A stretch of 64,000 nucleotides of DNA from Macrostomum lignano. Lineage: Eukaryota. A program made the translations under genes and the position numbers. The first letter of the stretch is position 1. The number at the start of each line of letters is the position of its first letter. This document shows positions 50,055 through 63,071 of this stretch, piece after piece. The stretch lies in NCBI GenBank assembly GCA_002269645.1, contig NIVC01000029.1, forward strand, positions 930,001 through 994,000, written 5' to 3'. The notes below the pieces were generated by a model that worked only from the letters and a program-made list of their open reading frames with translations, had not been told where the DNA came from and made no database searches.

Positions 50055-50540
50055 GATCTGGGAGGAAGTACACAATCTGGGACTCTGGGATTGGGATCTG
50101 GAAGGAAGTACACAATCTGGGACTCTAGAATTGGGATCTGGAAGGAAGTACACAATTTGGGACTCTAGAATTGGGATCTGGAAGGAAGTACACAATTTGG
50201 GACTCTAGAATTGGGATCTGGAAGGAAGTACACAATTTGGGACTCTGGGATTGGGATCTGGGAGGAAGTACACAATCTGGGACTCTAGAATTGGGATCTG
50301 GGAGGAAAACACACAATCTGGGACTCTGGGATTGGGATCTGGGAGAAAAACACACAATCTGGGACTCTGGGATTGGGATCTGGAAGGAAGTACACAATCT
50401 GGGACTCTGGGATTGGGATCTGGAAGGAAGTATACAATCTGGGACTCTGGGATTGGGATCTGGAAGGAAAACACACAATCTGGGATTCTAGGATTGGGAT
50501 CTGGAGGTACACAAATCTGGGACTCTGGGACTGGGATCTA
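50055..50540 (+). repeat. 40-bp minisatellite just downstream of the EMC2 stop, ~12 copies
   Basis: Unit gatctggaaggaagtacacaatctgggactctgggattgg; period 40 (50055, 50095). Confidence 0.95.
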
Positions 50541-50692
50541 AAAAAGAGAACTGAAACTCATATTTAGGCTGACGCTACAATAATTAGCTAAAATTTTAAA
50601 AGCTTCGAAATAATACAAATTTCAATTTAAGTAAGTAAGTAAGTTTTTTAGCTATTTTTTAGCGCATCCAGTCAAAATGAAGAACAGGGCAA

Positions 50693-53600
50693 TCACAACA
50701 TTGGCGGATTGGACGCAGGCTGCTGTTGGCCTTGACTAGGCGAACTAGCATCGCCAGCAGCGGCTGTTGGAGAGCAGCACAGACTCAATTGCAAAGCCAG
50801 CGTAGCTACATCACTGCCAGCAGCGTCACTACTATTACTACTGTTAGTAGTAGTAAATTTAGCAGCTTTCGATCCAGCAGCTCGATACCGCTCGGCAACC
50901 TGAGCAGCCGCCCATTGTGCCAGTCTGGCACTCTCTCTGCGCGAGGCAGAAGTGGAAGATTTATTGGTGGAACTGGCGCAATTACCGGCAGCCAACAGCA
51001 ATCCGAACAGGGCTCGCATGTTGTTTGGATTCAGTCGAACAGCTTGAGCGAAATAGCTTTTAGCTAACTCCATCGATTCTGTAGTGCCTTCGGTGTATTT
51101 GATTTCGGCGTAGCGCTGATGGTACAGATGGTGATGAGGATTGCTCAGGATCAGCTCTTCCATGCAGAAGGCGGCCTTTTTGTAGTCGCATTCGTTCAGG
51201 TAGAGCTCGGATAGCTCCAGCCAGGCTTCGAAATCCGTGCAGAAATCCTGTAGAGGATAGATAGAGGTAGATAGATTGGTAGATTCAGATAGAAGATGGA
51301 TGGGTAGGTTCTAATGGTAGATAGATTGGTAGATTTGGATTGGTTAGATTCTGATGGTAGATAGATTGGTAAATTTGACTAGTAGATAGATAGATTGGTA
51401 GATTCTGATGGTAGATAGATTGGTAAATTTGACTAGTAGATAGATTGGTAGATTCTGATGGTAGATTTAGAAAAGATGTAGTAGCAGATTCAGATGGTAG
51501 ATAGATTGGTAGATTCTCCTGGTAGATTTAGAAAAGATGTAGTAGCAGATTCAGATGGTAGATAGATTGGTAAATTTGACTAGTAGATAGATTGGTAGAT
51601 TCTGATGGTAGATAGATTGGTAGATTCTCCTGGTAGATTTAGAAAAGATGTAGTAGCAGATTCAGATGGTAGATAGATTTGTAGATTCGGATGATAGATA
51701 GACTGGTAGTTGGCAGAAGCGAGCAAAAAATGAGTACATAGTGACCAAATTAAAGATAGAATTTCACCTTCAAATAGCCCGTAAGCTCTTTAATAGCTTC
51801 AACAGATCGACCCCTAGCTTTAAGCACGGCAACCAATCGTTTGCGAGACAGCGAATCTAATTTGTCAGTCTCGGACATTTTCTTGTAGATCTCGGTGGCG
51901 GCATCTAGATTGTCTTCGGCTTCCAGCCGCATGGCTTCGTAACGTCGGATGCGTTGGCTATTGGGGAACTGGCGGGAGAGCTGGACTAGACAGGCGTCAG
52001 CGGCTTCTAAACGGCCGCAGTCGAGGGCTGAGATGAACACCTGCTCGTATAGAGCCCACTCTGCGATTTGGGGGGATGAGTTGGCTGTTTCTCATCTAGA
52101 TGTGACTGTTTCTCATCTAGATTTGGCTGTTTCTCATCTAGATCTGGCTGTTTCTCATCTAGATCTGGCTGTTTCTCATCTAGATCTGGCTGTTTCTTAT
52201 CTAGATCTGGCTGTATCTCGTCTAGATCTGGCTGTTTCTCATCTAGATCTGGCTGTTTCTTATCTAGATCTGGCTGTTTCTTATCTAGATCTGGCTGTTT
52301 CTTATCTAGATCTGGCTGTTTCTCATCTAGATCTGGCTGTTTCTCATCTAGATCTGGCTGTTTCTCATCTAGATCTGGCTGTATCTCGTCTAGATCTGGC
52401 TGTTTCTCATCTAGATCTGGCTGTTTCTTATCTAGATCTGGCTGTTTCTTATCTAGATCTGGCTGTTTCTCATCTAGATTTGACTGTTTTTCATCTAGAC
52501 CTGGCTGTTTCTCATCTAGATTTGACTGTTTTTCATCTAGACCTGGCTGTTTCTTATCTAGATTTGACAGTTTTTCATCTAGATTTGACTGTTTCTCATC
52601 TAGATTTGACTGTTTCTCATCAACATTTGGCAGTTTCTGTCAGCAAGATATCATGCAATACAAATTGAAGAGCCAAAGCCTTCGAACTCACTCTCATCGC
52701 CAAGCCGATTGGTGTAACGGGAAACGCAGTCGCACCACAAGTCAACAACGCGTTCCGAGTCGCGAACGCCTTCTTCGCGGATGCGTTTCAATTCTGCGCA
52801 GGCTTCTAGATATTAAATTGTGAAAAATAGGTGGGTATTGAAAGATATATATATTGAAGAATTAACTGAAATTGTCATCATTTTAATGAAACATTTTATA
52901 TTTCCAATATTTGCTTATTTTTTAGGAAAATGAGGTCCTATTTGTTAGAGTTCTTGTGATGCCAATCAGCACTGAGACTCTTACTTTGGCATCAATTTTT
53001 ACATGCTCACTATAAAATGAGCACAATAAATGCTTCTGAACAATGTTTAAAGTATGACATTAAGATTACCTACTAGGTCTAAACAACAAAGTTTTGGAAC
53101 TTTTTAAAAACAACATAAAAACCTTAGTTCATTGCTTAAAGAATGTCAAAAAGTCATTACTTTCAATAGTTACACATAGTCTATCATAATTTATAGCTCA
53201 AACTAGCTAGACCAGCCAAAGTTGGTTAGCAATTGCATATTTATGGTCAACAGTGTATTATTATTCCCAAGTCAACTTTTGCATTATCATTATAATTGTA
53301 AATCCATAAGGTCTTTTATAACAAAATTGTATCATTCTTTTATATCTGTAGAATTTTATGAAGATAGCCAACTATATGATAATACTTTTGATTTGCATGA
53401 CCTTTATTGTATATTTAATTAAAGGTCTTCTAAGATAAATTATTTGTAGCTTTATTGTGGGAAAGGGTCTATTAGATAGGCCAAGGGAGGTCTGATAAAC
53501 TAAAAGGGTATAATAATAAATAGACTAAGGGGTCTACTAGATACACTATAAAAAGTAAAAAAATTCCTGTCACAATGGTATTGAGAATAGCATATGCCTT

Positions 53601-56600
53601 ATACCCTTGTTAGTGTTTTATTTTTTGCTAATATAACTCTATATTAAAATTGAGTATTTTGGAGCTAAATGCTCATAAAGCTCTATGGGAAAGTTATATT
53701 ACTATAAAAACTATTAAATTTGACATTAAAACATACAAAAATATACTATGTTTTAACAATTTGACCAAATTTCATAAATGAGATGCCAAGATGATTATAT
53801 CACTAAGTTCTAATAGATTAAATGATAAATAAATAATATTGGAGTCTCCATTTATACTCATTTCCATTTAAACAAAATATTGTATTTTATCTACTCTAAT
53901 TTAAAAATCAATGCTATGTTGATATAATGTTAATGTTAGAAACTTAAGTGCAAGGCCCTATAGTTAGAAGTGATACAATATATCACTTATGATACAATAG
54001 AAAAAAAGGTATTTTTATACTATTGATTATATATGCACAACATTTAGCCAATCTGGCTAACTGGCAAAAGGTTTAGCTAAGAAAGGTAAAAAATGCTTAG
54101 GCCTACCCAAAAATTGGTATTACTAATTTAGATAATGAGGCATTTAGGCTTAATAAAATAGTCATAGTTATTTTTGCCATTTAACCAAAATTGTGTTAAT
54201 TTTTGCTTTATGGTTTTTTCATAGATGGTTTGCATTTTTGCTATTCACCTAGAGTTACTTTGATCAAGGTTTATATTATATATAAGTTTAATATTTGTAA
54301 AAAAGTAAGTTATACAGCCAATTGAAATGAAGGTAATTGCACATGTATACTTTCTATTGATGTTTCTATGTACTGCTATTCATATTTGCAGAATTTGCAA
54401 GTAAAAAAATGCCTCCCTACCAAAGAATTTAAGTGTAGTATTAATTAGATTATGAGGCATTTAGCCTTAATAAAATAGTCAGTTATTTTTGCTATTTAAC
54501 CAAAATTGTGGTAATTTTTGCTTTATGGTTTCTTTCATAGATGGTTTGCATTTTTGGTCAAAAAGTAAATTATATGGCCAATGCAAATTAGGGGGAACTG
54601 CACATATATGCTACTATTGTCTTAACTTGTCTTTTCTATATAATATAGGCCTATATAGGATATAAAATATGCCTTTTGTTATATTTTTCTCTATCATAAA
54701 ACATAATTGATATGTGTCAACTTAATTAGATTTATTCTTTGAACACAACTCTTTGCAACACAAACTAAAAAAATGCTTAGACTTTTAGTTGTTCTTAATA
54801 CCTTGGGTTTGTTCTCTTTATTTCAAATGAAAGAAACTTTATTCATATATATTGAAAAAATTGAAGGCTATTAAGTATTGTATATCATGGAGATTAGAAT
54901 ATTTTTTAACAAAATAATATTGTCTAACAATATCTATGACAGATAAAGGAACAAAATTTGGCCAATTAGGCCACAGATATAGAATTTTGTGCAACTAATA
55001 ATGTTAGTCTCAAAATAAAATCTTGTTATTGAATTTTTAATGCTTTGTTATTAAATTGAAGTGAGCACTAGTTTAGTGTTAAGTGGCCCCTTTTGTCAGC
55101 TGTGCCCTGCGCCCTGCTAAGCTATTGGCTGCTACTGACCGCGGCTCTCCCGCCTTCTTCTCCCTCTCTCTTTCCTGCCTCCCTCTCCTTCTCTCTTTTT
55201 CTCTCCCTTGTCCCGTTGTCCTTTTGGCTGCCTGCACTCCTCTCTTCTCCCCCTTTTTGGTTTGTTTGCATTCCCAGTGTCTGAGCTTCTCTGCTCAGCC
55301 TGTCCTTGATTCATTGTCTATCTGCCTTCCCTTCCTCTCTCTTGTGTAACTGCATTCTCTCAGTTCAAGTTCAGCCCATGCTGGGCTGTTCTCTCTTTAC
55401 GGCCTATATAGTAGCAGATCACGTGCCCCAGGCGCTCTGTCCTTTTCTTGCGCTCCTTTGTGCAATCTTATGTATCAGTCTCTAAATTAGGAATGGCATC
55501 CTTGCCTCTCAAGCGGGGTTCCGCGCTGGTTTCTAAAAATAGAACTGAATCACACTAGATTGGGGGCGCAATAAGAGCGGCCTTGCGTACTCTGGCGCAA
55601 TGGGGATGCTTTTACTATATGGTGAAATTGATCTGCCATCCTATAAGTATGGACCTCTTGTGCCTCTGTTTGGCAATCCCCTTCTTTTCTGCCCTCATTT
55701 TGACCACCCTTCAATTAGCAGTGCATTGTCTCTGATTTGGGCTAACTAGTAAGTCCTATGCAGCTTGCACTCCCTTTTTCCATCTTAATCTAATTTCTGA
55801 TACATCTCCGACTATGTGTTTGAGCATGAGCTAAGACTCCTGTCCAAGCTAACTAGAAACCAGCACAGTTCTTCATCCTTGCACTTGAGCCCAGCAGGAC
55901 CGCTGACAAGGTGAGCATTAGTGCAAATGGTAAATTTGCATGGTGTGCTGAGTTCTCGTGTCTCGCTTATTTTGCTTGGCCCAGAGTCTCCCTTACCAAA
56001 GGACAAGATCCGAGCGAGCTGGTGGCAGCATCTACCAACACTACAAAAAGCAGCTAGAAGGTTTCCTAGGAGAGTCTACTAAGAACTCAAGGTAGGCAGC
56101 TCTAGTGTTTGGTTGGGAAGCAACAAAGAAGCCTATATTTCACTGGTGGCAACAGTGGGATTTCAAGACCTACTAGGCCATCTTTAGACAACACCAAGCA
56201 AGTACAAACAAACATTTTAAAATTTTCTATAATGTTACTGAATATGTCTATTATCAATTTGTCTATTACTAAACTGTCCTATACCTGCTAAGGCCACATT
56301 CTTAACTATGGACAAGGCTTAACTTGAGTAAATGGCTTTGTCCTTAAATGCCTTTTTTAATTTGTAAATTCTTTAAAGGTTGCAAATTTTCAAACATATA
56401 TACCCAGCCTCAAAATTTCACCTATTTTGTGCAACTTAGATTTGTCCAGATTTGTGACTTATCAATATACAATTGCAACTTAGTTTTTAGGCCCTATTTT
56501 GTATAGGGCCTATGACTTTTCTTGCCTTTTTCTTTTTTCTTCTTTCTTTCTCCTTTCCTTTCTTTTCCTTTTTTCTTCTTTTTTCCCTCAATTTTTTGTT

Positions 56601-57593
56601 TTTCACATTTTTGATTTTGTGACTTACCTTGGCCAGTGGCCATTTCACTTGGATCTATTTTAGATAGGTTGGACAGGTGTTGGGCATGTATGTTTTCAAA
56701 ACTAATTAGAACTACAAACAAGATTGTATTATATAAACTTCATAAGAGATTTTAGACCATTTTTAAATGGCAGTGCTTATCCCCACGGTACCGTAGGAAT
56801 AATTTCTGTCTTATCCCAACGGTACCGTGCGAATAATTTTCTGCTTATCCGCACGGCACACTGAGGAGATAGCTGCCCTATCTTCTACATATATATGCTG
56901 TGCTGTGCGTGAATAGTTTATAGCTTATTGAAAGGGAATTTGAACTGAGGATACTAAGAAGCTGTTGATCTTGATGTAAAAACTCGAATAAGTTCTAGAC
57001 TAGTATATGCATGTGTAAATGCGTGTTATTCTGCTTTACTGATACCCTTCTGTATACTTATTCAACAATAATTCCACAAAGTTGTTATACTGCACTCAAA
57101 TCGTATGTACTAAACTTCCCACACGGCATATATAGAAGATAGGGCAGCTATCTCGTCAGTGTGCCGTGCGGATAAGCAGAAAATTATTCGCACGGCATAT
57201 GTAGAAGATAGGGCAGCTATCTCCACAGTGTGCCGTGCGGATAAGCAGAAAATTATTCGCACGGTAGGGGGGCCTACCGTTGGAATAAGACAGAAATTAT
57301 TCCTACGGTACCGTGGGGATAAGCACTGCCTTTTTAAATAGCATAGGCCATAGTATATATGTTATTATAAATATTAATTATTATACTATTTTTAATTTAT
57401 ATTAGATAAATAGTAGACCTAGCTTATTTTACACTTGTCTTAACGACTTAAGATTTAAAAATGCAAGGAAAAAATTCATATATTATACTTTTGGTTTAGC
57501 CTTTAGCCTTAGGGCACAAACATAGTTCTAAGACTTAACAAGAATAAGGCCCCAGTCCCAAGGTAGATACTTACTTTGGAAACCTAAGTCCAT
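50693..57593 (-). CDS. EMC2: ER membrane protein complex subunit 2 (TTC35), TPR protein, 4 exons, ~326 aa
   Basis: Exons 57593-57575 (MDLGFQ, gtaagt donor, tentative), 52805-52692, 52060-51768 and 51247-50693; phases 1,1,0 consistent; 981 nt. Motifs LGDEKWALYEQVFISALDCGR, QFPNSQRIRR, EAWLELSELYLNECDYKKAAFCMEELILSNPHHHLYHQRYAEIKYT and YFAQAVRLNPNNMRALFGL match EMC2. Confidence 0.9.
51260..51705 (+). repeat. Complex TAGAT-based repeat filling EMC2 intron 3
   Basis: Mosaic of gtagatagattg, tagattctgatg and tagatttagaaaagatgtag units. Confidence 0.9.
52078..52622 (+). repeat. 21-bp minisatellite (tctagatctggctgtttctca)n filling EMC2 intron 2, ~26 copies
   Basis: Direct reading. It generates the spurious (SHLDLAV)n ORF. 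Confidence 0.97.
56769..57330. mobile_element. Mutator-like (MULE) non-autonomous element, 562 bp, in EMC2 intron 1
   Basis: ~120-bp imperfect TIRs start ggcagtgcttatccccacggtaccgtaggaataatttctgtcttat. Exact 9-bp TSD tttttaaat at 56760-56768 and 57331-57339. Confidence 0.88.
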
Positions 57594-60441
57594 TTCCTCC
57601 AGCAATAAATATAGAGCTGTTAAGTCTCTCAAATTTTTATTAGAAAAATTCTAAGCTAAGTGGCAGGCAGGGCAAAGCCTATTTTATTTATTAAATATAA
57701 TAGGCACAGATCACAATGTACTTGTAAATTTTATTTATGTTAGCAATAGCAATTAGTACAATTAACAATTTAGGTAAGCGATAAAATCGATGACAGTTTT
57801 AGAACTTGAATGCTACTAAAGTTGTCAAGGGTTCGACTTGTGTCTTAATGAACTGGACAGTACCCTGTGAAAGTGAGGTCGCAAAATGCTAGGTGAAAGT
57901 TACCTAGAAGCTATCAATTATGCCTACAGTGTACACCACCCAGAATTATTAGAGTCATGCGTGCGTGCGTACAAGAAACTAAAAGATGCTTCAAATGCCC
58001 GTTAAATATCGGGTGTTTAAAACTAAAAGATGTTAAATAAATTTTGCTCTTGTTTTTTAAAGATAGGAAACAAAGGAATTATAGTTTCATATAAAAATTA
58101 AATCAAAATTTCGGCTAGTATTTATAAAGTGATAAAAGACGAGCGCATTTAAATGATTCTTTTTATTACCGGGGTCCTCGACCTCATTTCTTTTTACTGA
58201 TAAATTCACCAAAAGGCCATTAGACACAATTTCACATGAACACTTAATGAAGGAATCACAAACCCCAATTGGCTGTTATTAATCTTATCTAAGATAAAAT
58301 GCATAAATATTGTGCCTGGGGTCTAAATTAAGATTTGCCTAGATTGGCTTTGGCACAATCATCAAATATTTGAAATGCACCTTAAAAGTACGGGTTTTTG
58401 CACTTTCACAACGTTTTTATATTTTAATCTTTTTGCTCGTCGTAAATCACGTCGTAAATCATACAAGGTGTACACTATTAAAGTAAAGAATAAACATTTC
58501 ATATACACAGTGCATATGTATGACTCTGCAGTAGCACGTGACTGTCTTTGGAAATCGATGGGTAAAACGTGTGCTGCATGCCACAACAAATTTCATCGTA
58601 CATGTACACGCAAATTTAAGCAGTAAAATATTTTTACATAAAGTTTATATTCTAATGAACGTGTGACCAAGAGTAATGCTTTTATTTGTCAAAGTAGAAC
58701 ATTAAAACTAAAAGTAGTATAAATTATGCATTAGTCAAGCGAAGGGCGAAAGGCGCTGAGTTATCGATAGCAACGTACATGATTAGAGGTGCAGGATTGG
58801 GGGTGCGTGTGAGTGTACAATAAAATACTTAAGCACATCACTGACAAATGAACATTTATATAAGCACATGTAGTAAAAAAGATAATAAAAACAATGAAAT
58901 TTTCCACAAAGTCCACCGTCACAGTTCTTACAGCTCCTTAATTACTGTATCAGGCAGTCAGAGAAAACCGTATAAACTGACGGGATCTCCAAGTACTCAG
59001 GCTGAAATAATTATGTCACTCGAAATATCTCGCCTTCAATAGCTCTTAAGACAAATGAGAAGTTTAAGACTTGGATTTGCGCCAGAAACCCAGAAACCAA
59101 TATAAACAGAGCAGGTTACTAGATCCGAAACTGAGCAGTGCCTGTGGGTATCTATTTTATACACATTGGCATTTTTACCCACCCCCCGCCGGTGGGATGT
59201 CTTCGCGTGGTTAGCAACGGCGGGGGTTTAAGCAATAGAAAATCTGGGACTCAGTCCTCTAGTGGTGTACACGAATTTAGTTAGTTCCAGTAGGTTGTTA
59301 AGTGTGTGGGTTAGAGATCATTCAGGGTTTTGTAAGTCTGTGTTGCGTTGGATAAAATTTGGGATAGAGAGATTACAGAAAAAGAGCTTAGTTTTCATTT
59401 CTCGTAACCCTGTCCATGGTTGATTAACTTGATATTACCGTCTGCTCTCTCCCTCGGTTGTCAAGCTTCTTGGGGTTGATATCGCCTCCAGGTTGAATAG
59501 GATTCCGTGCAGTGGGCGGGCCGTCTGATTCTCCTTAAGTGTTCGCCAGATTCTGCCGCGTGCCAAGGGCTGATCGTTTTTTTGACTTCGTTGGATAAGT
59601 CGGGCCTCTCCTCGCTTCGCTTCTCCCGGCCGGTTTGAGCGCCACATTTGAGAAACACCTGCGGCAGGGTGTTGCTATACTTACTGGAATGGAAAGAAGC
59701 TTTATTAGATTCGGTCATTCATATCTGACTTGACAGTTGATTAATTGTCTTAATGCTGCTTCTGTTTGCCCTTCTAATGGCTATCTGGGGGTTCCATTGT
59801 GCTTTTCTGCCTCCCTTCACTGCGCCTGGGCAATTCATAATTTTCAAAACTTCAGATTTATAACTCTTATATTCAAAGCATTTTTAAATCTGTGGCGGAT
59901 CATAGAAATTGTCACATTAATATCCATATTACAAAAAAACTTTATTTTTCTGTTGAAAGCTGAAATTAAATTAACGCATGTGCAAAGTATTTATTTAGAA
60001 TGCAAGTACTGTACACGTTTATTATTCATACACTGTAAAGCTGTAGATACAAACTCGATAATGGGTTAAACAGACTGACAAAGTTTGCACCAGTTCTACG
60101 AGTAATATTTATCATATTATTATTAGTAACAAATGAATATTCTCAGCTTCCAACGCAACTAATTAAGGAGTTTAATAATGCCTTGAACTGAGTTTTAACG
60201 TTAAGATACCGAGGCAACAAGCGACTAAAATAATTGAAAGTAAACTTTGTTAACTATACGTTAGTTGATCTTGTCGTTATAAATCTGTCGATTGCTATAG
60301 AGATTTATAGACAAATTTAGTAAAGCTTGAGGCTGAATTCAGACCAGCGGTTGTTGAGATAAATAAAGGCAAAATTGACTTAGCTGCTATAAATTTCAAT
60401 GGAATTTCAGTAATTACAGAGTCAGTTCCATTGAGCGATAC

Positions 60442-63071
60442 ATGTTGATCATGGTGATAATAATTTCGTTCATTATCATTTTTCTAGCATCAACCAGAGG
60501 TGAATCAGCTCAGATCGGTGAATGTGAGTTCTATACTGCATTGTTTCAGTAGTAATGTTATTTTATACCGCACAACAGGGAGGCAACAAATTGGCTGATT
60601 CTCCGGCCAAGATGTAGGAAGCTCCAGCTCCCGGGTCCTGATTCCTGACCCCCCCCCCGGGTCCCGAATCTCCAGCAAGGTCATTACTGACGCTCTCCAG
60701 GCGTTACTAGGCGTCTCCCGAGTGCCATCCCTCCAGACGACATCGCAGAAGTGTCCTTCTGAATCTTAACAGAAAGGACTTCATCTTGACCTTCACGGGC
60801 ACTGCTTTCTTAGTGAATTCAGCATTTTTGCGGCCCAGACAATAAAAAAAGTTCTTAAACTAGCTTATTAAATGCAACAATATCTTTCAGCTTTCTACAT
60901 CATATCCGTTAAATTAGCATCTTCATTTTGTTTTACCGGCTTCATATACTGACTCCATACTAGAAATTGTTTAAAATAAATGAATTTTATTACTGAAGAT
61001 TGCAGGAAAATTTGAAAAACCAAATTCCAGTTCGTGTGCATATAGCGAGTGCAAGAGAGAAAAAGGGTGCCTCAGCCCCATAGCTAGGCTGTTAAATTTA
61101 AGTGACATTGCACAAACAAGCTACTGAATAAAGAGTAGACGCTCTGCCTTTTCAAAACTTTATTTAGTCACAAGCTTGGCAAGATAGGCGGAGAAACCTT
61201 ACTATCTGCACAAAATTTCTCGATAATTTCCGATTAGCAAAACCGATCTTGACATCTCCGGTGTGCCAGCCCAAGCGAAAAGCAAGCTCAATTTCGGCGA
61301 CTCCCGCCTTGATTAAAAACAGTTCCTCAAACACTTTTTAGGCAGCCTTCGCATCACCAGATCGTCTATTGCTGACTCTTGGCAATCATCCAGCTACTAC
61401 TCCAGCCAGCTGGGATCGGCGTGCTTCAAATTGGGCAATCAACATGAAGATAAGCTGCCCTTTCTGTATTTCCACACACTTGAGAACAAGTCGCTTGCTG
61501 ATCAAGGATACTTATGGTTTGCCATCAAGCTATATAAGACAGAATTAATCAATTCGGTTACAATAGAAGGTAGAGGTATGTCTAAAGACTCTGTCTAAAA
61601 GAATCACAAAATAATTTATGCAAATAGCATAGTAGCACTCTTCAAAGCTCGCTTGCTAACGTTAAAAATTGCAGCTAAAAATCGAACAGATTCGTGGAAT
61701 TCAAGAATGGAAGAAGCCATCAAAAGTCGAGCAGCAAACATCGAAATTTGGACAAGTGAATCTAATTTTCATTTCGGCAATGACCGCTGCAACACAAGCA
61801 ATATTAGTTGGATATTTGATCGGACACGAGCTGCCGGCTACGACTGGAACCTCTGTGGGATTACAAAGCCAACTGTGTCGCTTGGCGAGATGCTAACAGT
61901 TTATTGCAGACAGCGGAGTGTAAGATCATTTTAACAATTCACAAATGACAACTTAAAAGATGAATACCTGCCAATTAACAACCAGTGCATAATTCATATT
62001 CTCAAGGTAAAAACAATGCTACTTAGAAAGTGCAGAAGAGGTCGAGTTGCAAAGACAATGCATGAGCTTCAGTAGCCTATGGCTCAATCGTGTGGATGTC
62101 ACTGGTAAGTCTTCCTGTTATAAATGAAGTTTTTTCGCAATTCTCATTGCATCACGGTCAATTTCAGAAGCCCCTGCTAGACTAAAAATCTCAACCGACG
62201 CTGAAGAATGTCAAGAAAAATATGGTAATTTTTCGAAATTCACTTTCGAATCGCCGAGTTTAGCGTCGAGAACGAAGCACAGTTGTAAACTTTGGAATCG
62301 ATTTGGCAACAGAATCTCACTGATGCAGAAGCTTGGCGAGTCTGTATGCGATGCTCGAGCAAATTCAATCAAGTCGATTTGGAGCTGTCAGAACTGCGGC
62401 AACCCTGCAAAGCTGACAGTGAACTGTTCTGTCGTATGGAATAACCAGACAATAGCATCTACATCCTTCCAACAGCCTCTGTGTCGGACATGGATGCCTA
62501 AGTTTAGTGAGTGTCGTTTTTAGGTTTTCAACAGCACTCTGCATTAAATGAGATCAAAGAAACAAGTTTTGATTGTTGTTTCACAAATCCGATGCTTCAC
62601 AAACCAGACGATCCACAAATCCGATGCTTCACAAATACGATGCTTCACAAATCCAATGCTTCACAAATCCAATGCTTCACAAATCCGATGATTCACAAAT
62701 CCGATGCTTCACAAATACGACGATTCACAAACCAGATGCTTTACACAATTTTTCAGCAATTTTAATGCTCTTCAAGGCCCTGGCTCTTCCACTCTTTATA
62801 CTTTTGGCAGCAACAATGTTTTTAGTTACAGGAGCGTTTATTAAGAAGGTAAGTTGTTAAAGGCCTATTTGTATTAATATACCTGTGTGTTAAACACCTT
62901 TTGTCAGCATTTTTTACAAATTTCAAAACTGCATTTCAGCGATATTGCAAACCAAGCCAAGATCAGTCCAGCTTATGGGTTGCCGCAGAGCTGGCTGACA
63001 GCAGTACACCGGAGGTGAGCCAGCTCAGACCTCCTGTGAAGGTTGAAACTTCGGCCGAGCCCATCGCTGTG
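60442..63071 (+). CDS. Putative type-I transmembrane protein with F-type-lectin/discoidin-like domain and Cys-rich ectodomain; 3' end uncertain
   Basis: Exons 60442-60523, 61342-61575, 61675-61917, 62027-62104, 62168-62506, 62757-62848 and 62940-63071; phases 1,1,1,1,1,0; 1200 nt with no stops. Encodes a signal peptide MLIMVIIISFIIIFLASTRG, then YFHT..LWFAIKL..INSVTIEGRAKNRTDSWNSR..NLCG..GEMLTVYC..LWLNRVDVTG, a Cys-rich segment, the hydrophobic stretch ILMLFKALALPLFILLAATMFLVTGAFI followed by KKR, and a short tail. The donor at 61918 is weak (gtgtaa). Reading through the 63072 donor gives a stop at 63078-63080. Confidence 0.6.
62580..62745 (+). repeat. 16-bp minisatellite (cacaaatccgatgctt)n, ~10 copies, in an intron of the lectin-like gene
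   Basis: Direct reading. Confidence 0.9.

Noticed and set aside
51949-52668. 239-aa heptad (SHLDLAV)n ORF resembling a leucine zipper
   Set aside because: A 21-bp repeat antisense within EMC2 intron 2, overlapping an EMC2 exon; no independent evidence of coding.
61006-61341. Upstream in-frame extension of the lectin exon with four stops (61125, 61185, 61224, 61314), suggesting a pseudogene
   Set aside because: A good phase-1 acceptor (tttttag at 61340-61341) skips all four stops and yields an intact model. A decayed exon extension cannot be fully excluded.
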